Source: Eubacteriales bacterium (GTDB lineage Bacteria > Bacillota > Clostridia > Oscillospirales > CAG-382). From it: DNA of 64,000 nucleotides. Under the pieces are notes generated by a model that worked only from the letters and a program-made list of their open reading frames with translations, was not told the origin of the DNA and did not search any database. Position 1 is the stretch's first letter; every line of letters starts with the position of its first letter. The translations under genes were made by a program, and so were the position numbers. The stretch covers positions 41,418-105,417 of the forward strand of contig JAZSOO010000027.1 in NCBI GenBank assembly GCA_045536935.1, in the 5' to 3' direction. Shown here in pieces: positions 19,405-29,039 of this stretch.

Positions 19405-19824
19405 ATGGATTTTGTGAAAATTAAAACAAAAAATTTTGAAGAACTAATGAAATTACAAAAGGCATACAAAGTAGAAATTGGAGAATGCATGCCTACCGAT
19501 GCAGAACTTGAAAGCTTAAGAAATGCGATTGAGAATGAACAGATACATTTTTATGGATGTATCTGTGATAACTCCCTCATAGCGTGTTGTTCAATATGCT
19601 TTACTTACTCAACTTTTAATTATGGTAAATCTGGAGTGTTTGAAGATTTTTACATTCAAGCAGAATATCGTCATAAGGGTATTGCACGAAAACTTGTTTC
19701 TTATGCGTATGAGCAAAGTGGTGTAGGTTCCCTTACAGTCGGATGTGCAGATTGCGATGTAGAAATGTATCAAGCGATTGGTTTTGAAATTCCATTAGGA
19801 AATATGTTGGCGTTTGTAGAATAA
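19405..19824 (+). CDS. GNAT-family N-acetyltransferase
   Basis: 139 aa from ATG 19405 (GGAGG RBS at 19392-19396). Acetyl-CoA motif A: YRHKGIARKLV. The tracked ORF start at 19264 has no RBS. Confidence 0.8.
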   Translation: MDFVKIKTKNFEELMKLQKAYKVEIGECMPTDAELESLRNAIENEQIHFYGCICDNSLIACCSICFTYSTFNYGKSGVFEDFYIQAEYRHKGIARKLVSYAYEQSGVGSLTVGCADCDVEMYQAIGFEIPLGNMLAFVE

Positions 19825-19847
19825 AACGGTACACTTTGGTTACTCTT

Positions 19848-19889
19848 AGTTGAAAAAAGCACTTGCTTTCGCAAGTGCTTTTTTCAACT
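19848..19889 (+). terminator. rho-independent terminator of the GNAT gene
   Basis: Perfect 19-bp stem AGTTGAAAAAAGCACTTGC / GCAAGTGCTTTTTTCAACT with loop TTTC. Confidence 0.8.
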
Positions 19890-19894
19890 AAATA

Positions 19895-19990
19895 AATCCC
19901 TTGCGGGATTTGTGAAATACGCTTTGCGTGTGAAATATTGCTTCGCAATGTGATATGCCTGCGGGCGTGAGTGGATTTATTTCATTTCAC
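19895..19990. repeat. mini-hairpin array B: four hairpins spaced by TGTGAAATA-type boxes
   Basis: Hairpins AATCCC-ttgc-GGGATT, ACGC-ttt-GCGT, ATTGC-ttc-GCAAT and GCC-tgcg-GGC are separated by TGTGAAATA, TGTGAAATA(T) and TGTGATATG. An inverted ATTTCAC copy lies at 19984-19990. Confidence 0.65.
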
Positions 19991-20053
19991 TTTTTAGGTA
20001 CAAATTTACAAAAAACGGACCACAATAAATTGTATTTTGACATAATCGTTCTA

Positions 20054-20082
20054 TTGACAATGCAATAAATATTGTATATAAT
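20054..20082 (+). promoter_or_regulatory. consensus sigma-A promoter of the pfl leader
   Basis: TTGACA (20054-20059), exactly 17 nt, TATAAT (20077-20082). Confidence 0.7.
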
Positions 20083-20095
20083 TATTATGCTGTAG

Positions 20096-20192
20096 CACAA
20101 CTGACGGAAGATGCGGTTTACCGCAGGGGAGTGTTATGGGTATAAGCCGACCGTCTGGGCAAATCAGCATCACTGATTTGTCCTTTTATTTT
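20096..20192 (+). promoter_or_regulatory. ZTP riboswitch (pfl motif) with intrinsic terminator expression platform
   Basis: CACAACUGACGGAAGA-UGCGG-UUUA-CCGCA-GGGGAGUG parallels the conserved GACUGGCG...GGGAG 5' subdomain. 3' CCGACCGUCUGGGCA parallels CCGCCUGGGCA. GACGG (20103-07) is complementary to CCGUC (20151-55), giving the pseudoknot. Terminator stem 20158-67 / 20173-82 plus a T-run shares the GGGC of the aptamer. Confidence 0.8.
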
Positions 20193-20212
20193 TACCTACC
20201 GGAGGAATAACT

Positions 20213-22444
20213 ATGGAACACAATAATTGGAATGGTTTTAAAGGCGAACTTTGGAAGAACGAAATTAACGTTCGTGACTTCATTCAAAATAACTATGAAG
20301 AATATTGCGGTGACGATAGCTTTTTGGCAGAAGCAACCGAACGCACAAAAACTCTCTTTAAAAAGCTTCAATCTCTCTTTGCTTTGGAACGACAGTTTGG
20401 CGGTGTTTTGGATATTGATACCGATACGGTTTCATCTCTTACGGCTTATGCTCCCGGATATTTAGATAAAGAAAATGAATTGATCGTTGGTTTGCAAACC
20501 AACCGACCTTTGAAGAGAGGTCTTAATCCCTTCGGCGGTATGCGTATGATGCAGCAGGCTTGCGAAGCGTACGGCTATAAAGTTAGCCGTAAGGTCAAGG
20601 AAGAATTTACTTTCAGAACAACACACAACGACGGTGTTTTCAGAACCTACACGGATGAAATGCGTGCAGCTCGTAAATGTCACGTTATAACCGGACTTCC
20701 TGATGCTTACGGTCGAGGAAGACTTATCGGCGACTATCGCAGAGTTGCTCTTTACGGCGTAGACAGACTTATCGAAGAGAAGAAAAAGGATAAAGCCGAC
20801 CTCACAAATAAAACCTTCAATACAGAAGTAATTCGTATTGATGAAGAGCTTTATAAGCAGATAACCTTTTTGGGCTATATGAAGGATATGGCTCAAATGT
20901 ACGGTTACGATATAAGCGGACCTGCTTCTAATGCACGTGAGGCTATTCAATGGACCTATTTTGCATATCTTGCTGCCATTAAGGAACAGAACGGTGCCGC
21001 AATGTCTTTGGGCAGAGTCAGCACTTTCTTTGATATTTACATTCAACGTGACATCAATAACGGTATTATTACCGAAGTCGAAGCGCAGGAATTGATTGAC
21101 GATTTCGTTATGAAGCTTCGCATGGCACGCCATTTGCGTACCCCCGAATATAACGAGCTTTTCGGCGGCGATCCCATGTGGATCACAGAAGCAGTCGGCG
21201 GTATGGGTGATGACGGCAGAACTCTTGTTACAAAGAGCAGCTATAGAATTCTTAATACTCTCTATACTCTCGGTTCTTCTCCCGAACCCAATTTGACAGT
21301 TCTTTGGTCGACTTCCTTGCCTGAAAACTTCAAGAAATTCTGTGCAAAGGTTTCTATCGATACCGACTCTATTCAGTACGAAAACGATGACGTTATGCGT
21401 CCTCTTTATGGCGACGATTATGCTATCGCTTGCTGTGTTTCCGCAATGAAAATCGGCAAGCAGATGCAGTTCTTCGGTGCAAGATGTAATATGCCCAAGC
21501 TTCTTCTTATTGCGCTTAACGGCGGTTACGATACCACCTGCGGTATGCATATCGGACCTCAAATGCCCGTTCTCGATACTGAAAAGCTTGATTATTCGGA
21601 AGTTTCGGAAAGATTCGACATATATTTGAAATGGCTTTGCGCTTTGTACGTAAACACAATGAATATAATTCATTATATGCATGATAAATATGCGTACGAA
21701 AAGGTTCAAATGGCTCTCCACGATACCTATGCAGAGCGTTTTATGGCGTTTGGTATTGCAGGCTTGTCGGTTATGGCCGATTCTATGAGCGCTATCAAAT
21801 ATGCAAACGTTCGTCCTATCAAGAATGAAAACGGATATATAGTTGATTTTGAAACCACGGGCGAATTTCCGAAATTCGGTAACGATGATGACCGTGTTGA
21901 CTTGATTGCAAAAGAAATGTCGCACAAAATGATTACCGAATTGCGCAAAACACCCACATACAGAAATTCGACACATACTCTCTCTGTTCTTACTATCACC
22001 TCGAACGTTATGTATGGCAAGAATACCGGCGCAACACCCGACGGAAGAAAAGCATCTGCACCCTATGCACCCGGCGCAAACCCTATGCATAACCGCGAAG
22101 AGAACGGTGCACTTGCTTCGCTTAACTCGGTTGCAAAGATCGATTATAACGATTGCCGTGACGGTATTTCCAATACCTTCTCGATAACTCCCGATGCGCT
22201 CGGCAGAGACGATTCGGAACGTGTTGTAAACCTTGTTTCCATACTCGACGGCTATTTCGCAAAGAAGGCGCATCATATTAACGTTAACGTTATGACTCGT
22301 GAGCTTCTTATGAAGGCTTATGAAAACCCCGAGGATTATCCTAACCTTACAATCCGTGTTTCGGGCTATGCAGTTAACTTTAACAAGCTTTCCCGTGAAC
22401 AGCAACGTGAAGTTATAAGCCGAACCTTCCACGAAGCAATATGA
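20213..22444 (+). CDS. pflB: formate C-acetyltransferase (pyruvate formate-lyase)
   Basis: 743 aa with glycyl-radical motif TIRVSGYAV near the C-terminus and the active-site CC pair (IACCVSAMK). Confidence 0.97.
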   Translation: MEHNNWNGFKGELWKNEINVRDFIQNNYEEYCGDDSFLAEATERTKTLFKKLQSLFALERQFGGVLDIDTDTVSSLTAYAPGYLDKENELIVGLQTNRPLKRGLNPFGGMRMMQQACEAYGYKVSRKVKEEFTFRTTHNDGVFRTYTDEMRAARKCHVITGLPDAYGRGRLIGDYRRVALYGVDRLIEEKKKDKADLTNKTFNTEVIRIDEELYKQITFLGYMKDMAQMYGYDISGPASNAREAIQWTYFAYLAAIKEQNGAAMSLGRVSTFFDIYIQRDINNGIITEVEAQELIDDFVMKLRMARHLRTPEYNELFGGDPMWITEAVGGMGDDGRTLVTKSSYRILNTLYTLGSSPEPNLTVLWSTSLPENFKKFCAKVSIDTDSIQYENDDVMRPLYGDDYAIACCVSAMKIGKQMQFFGARCNMPKLLLIALNGGYDTTCGMHIGPQMPVLDTEKLDYSEVSERFDIYLKWLCALYVNTMNIIHYMHDKYAYEKVQMALHDTYAERFMAFGIAGLSVMADSMSAIKYANVRPIKNENGYIVDFETTGEFPKFGNDDDRVDLIAKEMSHKMITELRKTPTYRNSTHTLSVLTITSNVMYGKNTGATPDGRKASAPYAPGANPMHNREENGALASLNSVAKIDYNDCRDGISNTFSITPDALGRDDSERVVNLVSILDGYFAKKAHHINVNVMTRELLMKAYENPEDYPNLTIRVSGYAVNFNKLSREQQREVISRTFHEAI

Positions 22445-23154
22445 ACGAAATAATCTACGGTAAAATTAATTCGATACAGAGCCTCGGTACCTTAGACGGT
22501 CCCGGGGTTCGCTTCGTTGTATTTACACAAGGCTGTAACCTTCGCTGCGGTTGCTGCCATAACCCCGATACTTGGAATATTTCTGAAGGAACAGAAGTTT
22601 CTTCGGAAGAAATTATAAAAAAAGCCGTTCGTTTTAAGGAATACTTCGGAAAAGACGGAGGTATCACCGTTTCGGGCGGTGAACCGCTGTTACAGCCAAA
22701 TTTTGTAAGTGACGTTTTTATAAAAGCACATAAAGAGGGAATTAATACCTGTCTTGATACCTCGGGAAGTATATTGAACGACGATATAAAAATACTTCTT
22801 GAAAATACCGACAGAGTTTTGCTTGATATAAAATATACTAACGACGATGACTACAAAAAATACGTTGGTTGCAGTATCGCAAAGCCTTTGGAGTTTCTTG
22901 AATATCTTAATTCAAAAGGAATCCCCACAACAATTCGTCAGGTTATAATTCCAAGTCTTAACGATAACGATGAAAATATCGCTGAATTAAACGAAATCAA
23001 GAACAAGTTTTCATGTATAGAGAAAATCGAACTCTTGGCATTTAAAAAGATCTGTAAAGTGAAATATGATAAGCTTGGACTCGAATTTCCGTTTGAAATC
23101 CATGCAGCACCTTCAACAGAGTTAATGAAGGAATTACAAGAAAAGCTAAAATAA
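22441..23154 (+). CDS. pflA: pyruvate formate-lyase activating enzyme
   Basis: Radical-SAM cluster [13 protein letters not shown] and [13 protein letters not shown]. Overlaps the pflB stop. Confidence 0.95.
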   Translation: MNEIIYGKINSIQSLGTLDGPGVRFVVFTQGCNLRCGCCHNPDTWNISEGTEVSSEEIIKKAVRFKEYFGKDGGITVSGGEPLLQPNFVSDVFIKAHKEGINTCLDTSGSILNDDIKILLENTDRVLLDIKYTNDDDYKKYVGCSIAKPLEFLEYLNSKGIPTTIRQVIIPSLNDNDENIAELNEIKNKFSCIEKIELLAFKKICKVKYDKLGLEFPFEIHAAPSTELMKELQEKLK

Positions 23155-23156
23155 AA

Positions 23157-23186
23157 AGAGAGGTTTAAATACCTCTCTATTTATTT
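23157..23186. terminator. bidirectional terminator between pflA and the LysR gene
   Basis: AGAGAGGT-ttaaat-ACCTCTCT flanked by A-run and T-run. Confidence 0.65.
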
Positions 23187-24074
23187 CGCAGTTTCTATCA
23201 TTTCAATTAATTTCGTAACTGCCGGTGTCAGCGGAATGTTTTTATGAGTACAAATACCTATGCTTCTTTTGGGCATATCAAAATCTGTTTTAAGCTTAAA
23301 AACGTTTATGTCTTCTAAATTTGAAGAATATTCTTCGGTAACACAAGCAATGCCAAGATTCTTGCTTGCGAAATCAAAAAGAAGGTCGTGCGAACCAAGT
23401 TCAAATTCGGGTTTTAATTTAATACCAAACGAGTTAAAAAAGTCATCTGTGACACGCCTTGTATTCGATTTAGGTTCGAGCATAACAAGCGGAAGGGAAG
23501 CTATGTCTTTTATGGAAAGAACTTTGTCTTTTAAATAAGAGTATTTGCTGCCTGCAATGAAAACTTCGTGAAGGTTTTCGATTTCACGGATAGAAATATC
23601 TTGATATTGGTTATCTTCAATAGGAAGATTGACAAATGCAACGTCGGTTTTACCTGCGCTTAATCTTTTGAGCGTTTCGCTTGTAACTCGATTTACTATC
23701 TCGATTTTAATATTGGGGTAGGTGTTGTGAAATCTTTCAAGAAAAGAGATAAGAAAGTGTCTTGTAAGAGTATCACCTGCACCGATTCGCAGGCTGCCTT
23801 CGTCAAGGGTTTTCATACGTTCAAAAAGACTTTCGGCATTCTCAATTTCGTCTAACGAACGCTTTGCGTAGCTATAAAGAAGTTCGCCGTGCGACGTTAG
23901 CTTTGCTCCCTTTCTGCCTCTTACAAAAAGTGCAATACCAAGCTCGTCTTCAAGAGAACGGATCTGTTGGCTTACTGCGCTTTGTGTTATAAAAAGACAC
24001 TTTGCGGCTTCGGAAAAGCTTCCGGCATCTGCGGCGACACAAAATATTTTGTATTGTTCGAGTTTAGTATTCAT
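23181..24074 (-). CDS. LysR-family transcriptional regulator
   Basis: 297 aa. N-terminal HTH (FSEAAKCLFITQSAVSQQIRSLEDELG) and a LysR substrate-binding domain. Confidence 0.9.
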   Translation of the reverse strand: MNTKLEQYKIFCVAADAGSFSEAAKCLFITQSAVSQQIRSLEDELGIALFVRGRKGAKLTSHGELLYSYAKRSLDEIENAESLFERMKTLDEGSLRIGAGDTLTRHFLISFLERFHNTYPNIKIEIVNRVTSETLKRLSAGKTDVAFVNLPIEDNQYQDISIREIENLHEVFIAGSKYSYLKDKVLSIKDIASLPLVMLEPKSNTRRVTDDFFNSFGIKLKPEFELGSHDLLFDFASKNLGIACVTEEYSSNLEDINVFKLKTDFDMPKRSIGICTHKNIPLTPAVTKLIEMIETAK

Positions 24075-24175
24075 AAGTATTCCTTATATATACCATTATT
24101 AATAATTGTTTGACTTATGCATGAGACTATAATATAATAGTTAAGTAAATTTGTCAATATATTTTGGAGGACAAA

Positions 24176-25369
24176 ATGGAAGAAAGACTTATTGGTACAA
24201 TTTCCCGTGGTGTTAGGGCTCCCATTATCAGACAGGGTGACGATATTGCCGCTATCGTTGCAGAAAGCGTACTTGCTGCCGCAGAGAGCGAAAACCTTGA
24301 AATTCGTGACCGTGACGTTGTTGCAGTTACAGAAGCTGTTGTTGCTCGTGCGCAGGGTAACTATGCTACCGTTGACCAAATTGCTGCAGACGTTCAGAAT
24401 AAATTCCCCGAAGGTACATTCGGTGTTATTTTCCCGATCCTTTCCCGTAACCGTTTTGCAATCTGCCTTAAGGGTATTGCACGAGGCGCAAAGAAAATCG
24501 TTCTTATGCTTTCCTATCCTTCCGACGAAGTCGGTAACCATTTGATAGATATTGATTCTCTTGATGCTGCAGGAATCAACCCTTGGACAGACGTTCTCAC
24601 CGAACAGAAATACCGTGAACTTTTCGGCATCGTAAAACATCCTTTTACGGGTGTTGACTATATTGAATATTACAGAGAACTTATCGAATCGCAGGATTGC
24701 GAAGTTGAAATCGTTCTCGCTAACGATTGCCGTAAGGTTCTTGACTATACCGATTCCGTTCTTACTTGCGATATTCATACCCGTGAACGTAGTAAGCGTC
24801 TTCTCCGTGCTGCAGGTGCAAAAAACGTTTTCGGTCTTGACGAAATCTTGAATAAATCGGTTAACGGTTCGGGTTACAACGAAAACTACGGTCTTCTCGG
24901 CAGTAACAAGGCTACCGAAGATTCTGTTAAGTTGTTCCCCCGTGACAGCCAGGTTGTTGTTGATAAAATAGCTTCGATTCTTAACGAAAAAACCGGCAAG
25001 AACGTTGAAGTTATGGTTTACGGCGACGGCGCATTCAAGGATCCCGTTGGAAAAATTTGGGAACTTGCAGACCCGGTTGTTTCTCCCGGTTTCACCAAAG
25101 GTCTTATCGGTCAGCCTAACGAAATCAAATTGAAATATCTTGCAGATAACGATTTTAAAGATCTTTCGGGTGATGCTCTTAAAGAAGCTATCAGCGACTA
25201 TATCCGCAAGAAGGATGATGACCTTGTCGGACAAATGGTTTCTCAGGGTACAACGCCCCGTAGATTGACCGACCTTATCGGTTCCTTGTGCGACCTCACT
25301 TCCGGTAGCGGTGATAAGGGTACTCCTATCGTTTGGATTCAGGGCTATTTTGATAACTATACCGCATAA
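24176..25369 (+). CDS. CofE-like (F420-0:gamma-glutamyl ligase family) protein, long form
   Basis: RGVRAPIIRQGDDIA...VAVTEAVVARAQGN resembles the CofE/FbiB ligase fold. Start set at ATG 24176 behind GGAGG (24166-24170). Confidence 0.65.
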   Translation: MEERLIGTISRGVRAPIIRQGDDIAAIVAESVLAAAESENLEIRDRDVVAVTEAVVARAQGNYATVDQIAADVQNKFPEGTFGVIFPILSRNRFAICLKGIARGAKKIVLMLSYPSDEVGNHLIDIDSLDAAGINPWTDVLTEQKYRELFGIVKHPFTGVDYIEYYRELIESQDCEVEIVLANDCRKVLDYTDSVLTCDIHTRERSKRLLRAAGAKNVFGLDEILNKSVNGSGYNENYGLLGSNKATEDSVKLFPRDSQVVVDKIASILNEKTGKNVEVMVYGDGAFKDPVGKIWELADPVVSPGFTKGLIGQPNEIKLKYLADNDFKDLSGDALKEAISDYIRKKDDDLVGQMVSQGTTPRRLTDLIGSLCDLTSGSGDKGTPIVWIQGYFDNYTA

Positions 25370-25375
25370 AATTTT

Positions 25376-25415
25376 AGAGCTGTTCAAGATGGTTGAACAG
25401 CTCTGTTTTATTTTT
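25376..25415 (+). terminator. rho-independent terminator
   Basis: AGAGCTGTTCAA-gatgg-TTGAACAGCTCT followed by GTTTTATTTTT. Confidence 0.75.
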
Positions 25416-25761
25416 GTCTGCTTTTAAAGAAGATAGTGAACAATAACGCAAAAATCAAAGCTGCACTTATTCCTGCCGCAGTAGATGCAAGACCTCCGTA
25501 TAATGCGCCGAATAAACCGTCTGAATCAACGGCTTGTTGAACACCTTTTGCCAACGAGAAGCCAAACCCTGTCAAAGGTACTGTAGCGCCCGCAGATGCA
25601 AATTCGGCAATGGGTTTATAAATTCCTATAGCGGTTAAAATAACGCCGCTAACAACGTATCCTGTCAATATACGGGCATTTGTGAGCTTTGTTTTATCTA
25701 AAAGTATTTGCGCAGGAATACAAAGCGCACCGCCGATTAGAAAAGCATACAGATAATTCAT
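25408..25761 (-). CDS. spoVAE: stage V sporulation protein AE
   Basis: 117-aa membrane protein with PLTGFG and a glycine-rich SpoVAE/AC-family pattern. Last gene of the spoVAC-AD-AE triad. Confidence 0.88.
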   Translation of the reverse strand: MNYLYAFLIGGALCIPAQILLDKTKLTNARILTGYVVSGVILTAIGIYKPIAEFASAGATVPLTGFGFSLAKGVQQAVDSDGLFGALYGGLASTAAGISAALIFALLFTIFFKSRQK

Positions 25762-26757
25762 TTATTCCTCCGTAGAAAGGTGAATTGCGTGAGCAATAGA
25801 AGGTATCGGCTTTTTTTGAAAAACGCTGTTTGGATTTAAAAGAGCTCCCGTTCCTATTGCAAGAATATTTTTTATCGTTCCTTCTTCAAGCATTTTGAAG
25901 AAATGCCCCGAGAGAACACTGCCTATACAACCACAGCCCGAACCGCCTGAATGTGTGTCTTGACTATATTTATCGTATATCAAGATTCCGCAGTCTGTAT
26001 AATTCTCCCCGATATTCATACCTTCAAGCGCAAACATTTCTTTTGCGATAGAGTGTCCTTCGTATCCAAGATCTCCCGTTGCAATGATATCAAAATCGTT
26101 AGGTTTAATCGCATTATCTTCAAAAAATCTTTTTATGGTATCAACGGCAGCACACGCCATGGCTGCGCCCATATTGTTGGCATCTGTAACACCTTTGTCG
26201 ATTATTCTGCCGATCACCGCACTTTTGACTTTGATTTTCGATGTTTTGTTTGATAATAAAAATGCACCTGTGCCCGTTACGGTATTTTGGCTGGTTGGTG
26301 TTCGTACACTACCGTATTCAAGAGGGAAGCGGTATTGTCTTTCTGCAGAGCAAAAATGTGACGAAGCAAAAGTTATTGCACTATTGACATAACCGCCGCT
26401 TATAAACGCAGAACCGCATATAAGCCCTTCGACTATCGTAGAACATGCGCCGTAAAGACCAAGGAAAGGGATTTTGGTATCAGATATTGCAAAGCTTGTT
26501 GCTGTACATTGATTAATGAGGTCTCCGCCAATTAACATATCAATGTTTTCAAAACTTATATTTGCTTTTCCCGTTAGCAGATTTAGATTCCTTCGGACCA
26601 TTTCGCTTTCTGCTTCTTCAAAGCTTTTGCATCCAAAATATTCATCTTTTTCATATCCGTCAAAGCGATTGCCGAGAGGTCCTTCAAATTCTTTTTTGCC
26701 TACAGTTGCAGAAGCAAAATTTGCATACACGTTGTTAAAAATCAATCTGTTCTTCAA
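25762..26757 (-). CDS. spoVAD: stage V sporulation protein AD
   Basis: 331-aa thiolase-fold protein (GLYGACST, SGGSGCGC) immediately between spoVAC and spoVAE. Confidence 0.9.
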   Translation of the reverse strand: MKNRLIFNNVYANFASATVGKKEFEGPLGNRFDGYEKDEYFGCKSFEEAESEMVRRNLNLLTGKANISFENIDMLIGGDLINQCTATSFAISDTKIPFLGLYGACSTIVEGLICGSAFISGGYVNSAITFASSHFCSAERQYRFPLEYGSVRTPTSQNTVTGTGAFLLSNKTSKIKVKSAVIGRIIDKGVTDANNMGAAMACAAVDTIKRFFEDNAIKPNDFDIIATGDLGYEGHSIAKEMFALEGMNIGENYTDCGILIYDKYSQDTHSGGSGCGCIGSVLSGHFFKMLEEGTIKNILAIGTGALLNPNSVFQKKPIPSIAHAIHLSTEE

Positions 26758-26764
26758 AGCGTTA

Positions 26765-27196
26765 TCACCTTATAAAATAATAAATAATTCCGTAAATAAT
26801 TGAAGCACTTGTTCCGTATACAATAACAGGACCTGCGATGGTGAACATCTTTGACGCCACACCCGTTACGTATCCCTCGCTTTTTGCTTCGATTGAAGGG
26901 GAAGTGACTGAGTTTGAAAAACCGGTGATGGGTACTAATGCACCTGCACCGCCGAATTTTGCAATTTTATCAAAAACACCTATACCCGTTAAAAGCGAAG
27001 CAATAAATATTAATGAAATCGAAGCATATAAAAGAGATTTTTCTTTTTCTGCACCTAACGTTATATATAATTGTGATAAACCTTCACCCAAAGTACATAT
27101 AGTTCCTCCGACAAAGAAGGCTTTGAAACAATTAACTATACAAGGGGAACGTTCTGAACGTTTTTCTATATATTCATTGTATTGTTTGTTAGTCAT
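26765..27196 (-). CDS. spoVAC: stage V sporulation protein AC
   Basis: 143-aa membrane protein with FGGAGALVPITGF. Paralogous to SpoVAE. Confidence 0.88.
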   Translation of the reverse strand: MTNKQYNEYIEKRSERSPCIVNCFKAFFVGGTICTLGEGLSQLYITLGAEKEKSLLYASISLIFIASLLTGIGVFDKIAKFGGAGALVPITGFSNSVTSPSIEAKSEGYVTGVASKMFTIAGPVIVYGTSASIIYGIIYYFIR

Positions 27197-27308
27197 AAAA
27201 ACACCCTTTTCTTTTGTTATATTTTTTGCTATGTTTTCGAAAATATTCCTATAGTCTTGACTTTTTTTAATATATAGGTATAATTATAGAGATGAAAGGA
27301 GTGTTATT

Positions 27309-29024
27309 TTGAAAGTACCAAAAATCAAAGGTAAATACAAAATGCCTGACAGCATTCGTGCTCTTATATGCGAAAGTGCTGAAAAATACGGTGATAAGAT
27401 TTTATACAAATATTATAATAACACTAATGAGATCGCAGAAATTTCTTATAAAAAGTTTTATGAGGATTTCAATTCGCTCGGAACGGCAATTTGTTCTTTA
27501 GGTCTGCAAAAGACTAAGATAGCGGTTCTCGGCGAAAACAGACCTGAATGGATCGCCGCCTATGCTTCTGTAATTAGCAGCGGTTCGATCATCGTTCCTC
27601 TTGATAAAGAGCTTTTGCCTTCTCAGATAGAAGCATTTCTCAATTATTCCGATGCGGAAGCGATCTTTTGCTCTTCCAAGTACGTTGAAAAAGTGTTGGA
27701 GATGAATGTTCCCAACATCAAATTTATAATCGACTTTGACGGAAACGGAAGCGACGATACTCGCTATCTTAGCTATCCTGAACTTATCGAAAAAGGAAAC
27801 GAACTTCTTGAAGAAGGCTATAATAAGTTCCTTCAGGCGAGATACGATTCTTCAAAGATGTGTGCATTGATCTTCACATCGGGTACGACGGGAACAAGCA
27901 AAGGTGTTATGCTCTCCGAAGATAATATTCTTGCAAGCATTACCGCTTCGTCGAATATGATAAACCTTCCCGAAGATACCGTTTTGATGAGCGTTCTTCC
28001 TATGCATCACACCTATGAATTGACCTGCGGTCAGCTTACGGCAATTCGTTTGGGTGTTACTATATGCATCAACAATAGCCTTAAATATTTGATGAAGAAC
28101 TTCAAGCTCTTCCGTCCGACGGCTATGGTTGTTGTTCCTCTGTACGTTTCGACTCTTAAAAAGAGAATTTCCGATGAGATAAGAAAACGCAATAAGGAAA
28201 ACGTCATCAACGTGGGTGTTAAGGCTACAAAGGCTCTCAGAAAGGTCGGTCTTGATACAAGAAGTCTTGTTTTCTCTGAAATACTTGCTTCTCTCGGCGG
28301 TAGATTGAAGGAAATCGTTTGCGGCGGCGCCGCAGCCGATCCCGAGGCTATTCAATGGTTTGAAAATATCGGCATTAACGTTTCTCAAGGCTACGGTATT
28401 ACCGAATGTTCTCCCCTTGTTGCAGTTAACCCGCTTGTTACCGTTCATTACGATTCAGTTGGTATCGCAATCCCCGGCAGTAAGATTAAGATTATTGCAG
28501 ACGAAGAGGACGGCGGAGAAGTTGATATGCCCAACGGCGAGATCGGCGAGATCTGCGTTAAGGGTCCTCACGTTATGATCGGCTATTATAAGGACGAAGA
28601 AGCAACAAAAGCTGTTTTCACCGAGGAAGGATATTTCCGTACAGGTGACTATGGTTATATGGACGATGACGGATTCCTTTATATTACCGGCAGAAAGAAG
28701 AATATAATTATTCTTGATAACGGTAAAAACGTTTATCCCGAAGAAATTGAAGAATATCTTGCAAAGATCGAATATATTAAAGAATGTGTCGTTATCGGCA
28801 GAGCAAACGAGAATGGCGAAGTTGTTATTACTGCGTTGATCTATCCCGATTATGATTTATTCAAGGGTTGCGAGGATTCCGAAATAATCAACAAAATGCG
28901 TTCCGAGGTTGCGAAGGTAAATAAGATACTTCCTACGTTCAAGCAGGTTCGCAATATCGAGCTTAAAAAGACAGAGTTCGAAAAAACAACAACTAAAAAA
29001 ATAATGAGATATAAACTCTCATAA
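27309..29024 (+). CDS. long-chain-fatty-acid--CoA/ACP ligase (FadD-like AMP-binding enzyme)
   Basis: 571 aa with FTSGTTGTSKGVMLS, YGITE, FRTGD and GRKKNIIIL. TTG start with an AAAGGAG RBS. Confidence 0.85.
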   Translation: MKVPKIKGKYKMPDSIRALICESAEKYGDKILYKYYNNTNEIAEISYKKFYEDFNSLGTAICSLGLQKTKIAVLGENRPEWIAAYASVISSGSIIVPLDKELLPSQIEAFLNYSDAEAIFCSSKYVEKVLEMNVPNIKFIIDFDGNGSDDTRYLSYPELIEKGNELLEEGYNKFLQARYDSSKMCALIFTSGTTGTSKGVMLSEDNILASITASSNMINLPEDTVLMSVLPMHHTYELTCGQLTAIRLGVTICINNSLKYLMKNFKLFRPTAMVVVPLYVSTLKKRISDEIRKRNKENVINVGVKATKALRKVGLDTRSLVFSEILASLGGRLKEIVCGGAAADPEAIQWFENIGINVSQGYGITECSPLVAVNPLVTVHYDSVGIAIPGSKIKIIADEEDGGEVDMPNGEIGEICVKGPHVMIGYYKDEEATKAVFTEEGYFRTGDYGYMDDDGFLYITGRKKNIIILDNGKNVYPEEIEEYLAKIEYIKECVVIGRANENGEVVITALIYPDYDLFKGCEDSEIINKMRSEVAKVNKILPTFKQVRNIELKKTEFEKTTTKKIMRYKLS

Positions 29025-29039
29025 AAGAAGAGGTACTTT

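Noticed and set aside
19057-19990. Possibility that the hairpin arrays are CRISPR arrays
   Set aside because: The conserved unit is only ~9 nt and the variable parts are 10-16-nt self-complementary hairpins, not 25-40-nt unique spacers. No cas genes and no leader are present.
20462-22432. 656-aa ORF antisense to pflB
   Set aside because: The product is low-complexity (rich in C/F/N/I/R) with no RBS. The plus strand encodes an unmistakable pyruvate formate-lyase with its glycyl-radical motif. This is a mirror-frame artefact of strong codon bias.
24071-25387. 438-aa ORF antisense to the CofE-like gene
   Set aside because: The translation is N/F/C/T-rich nonsense-like and overlaps the LysR gene end. 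The plus-strand protein has a coherent fold signature and a GGAGG RBS.
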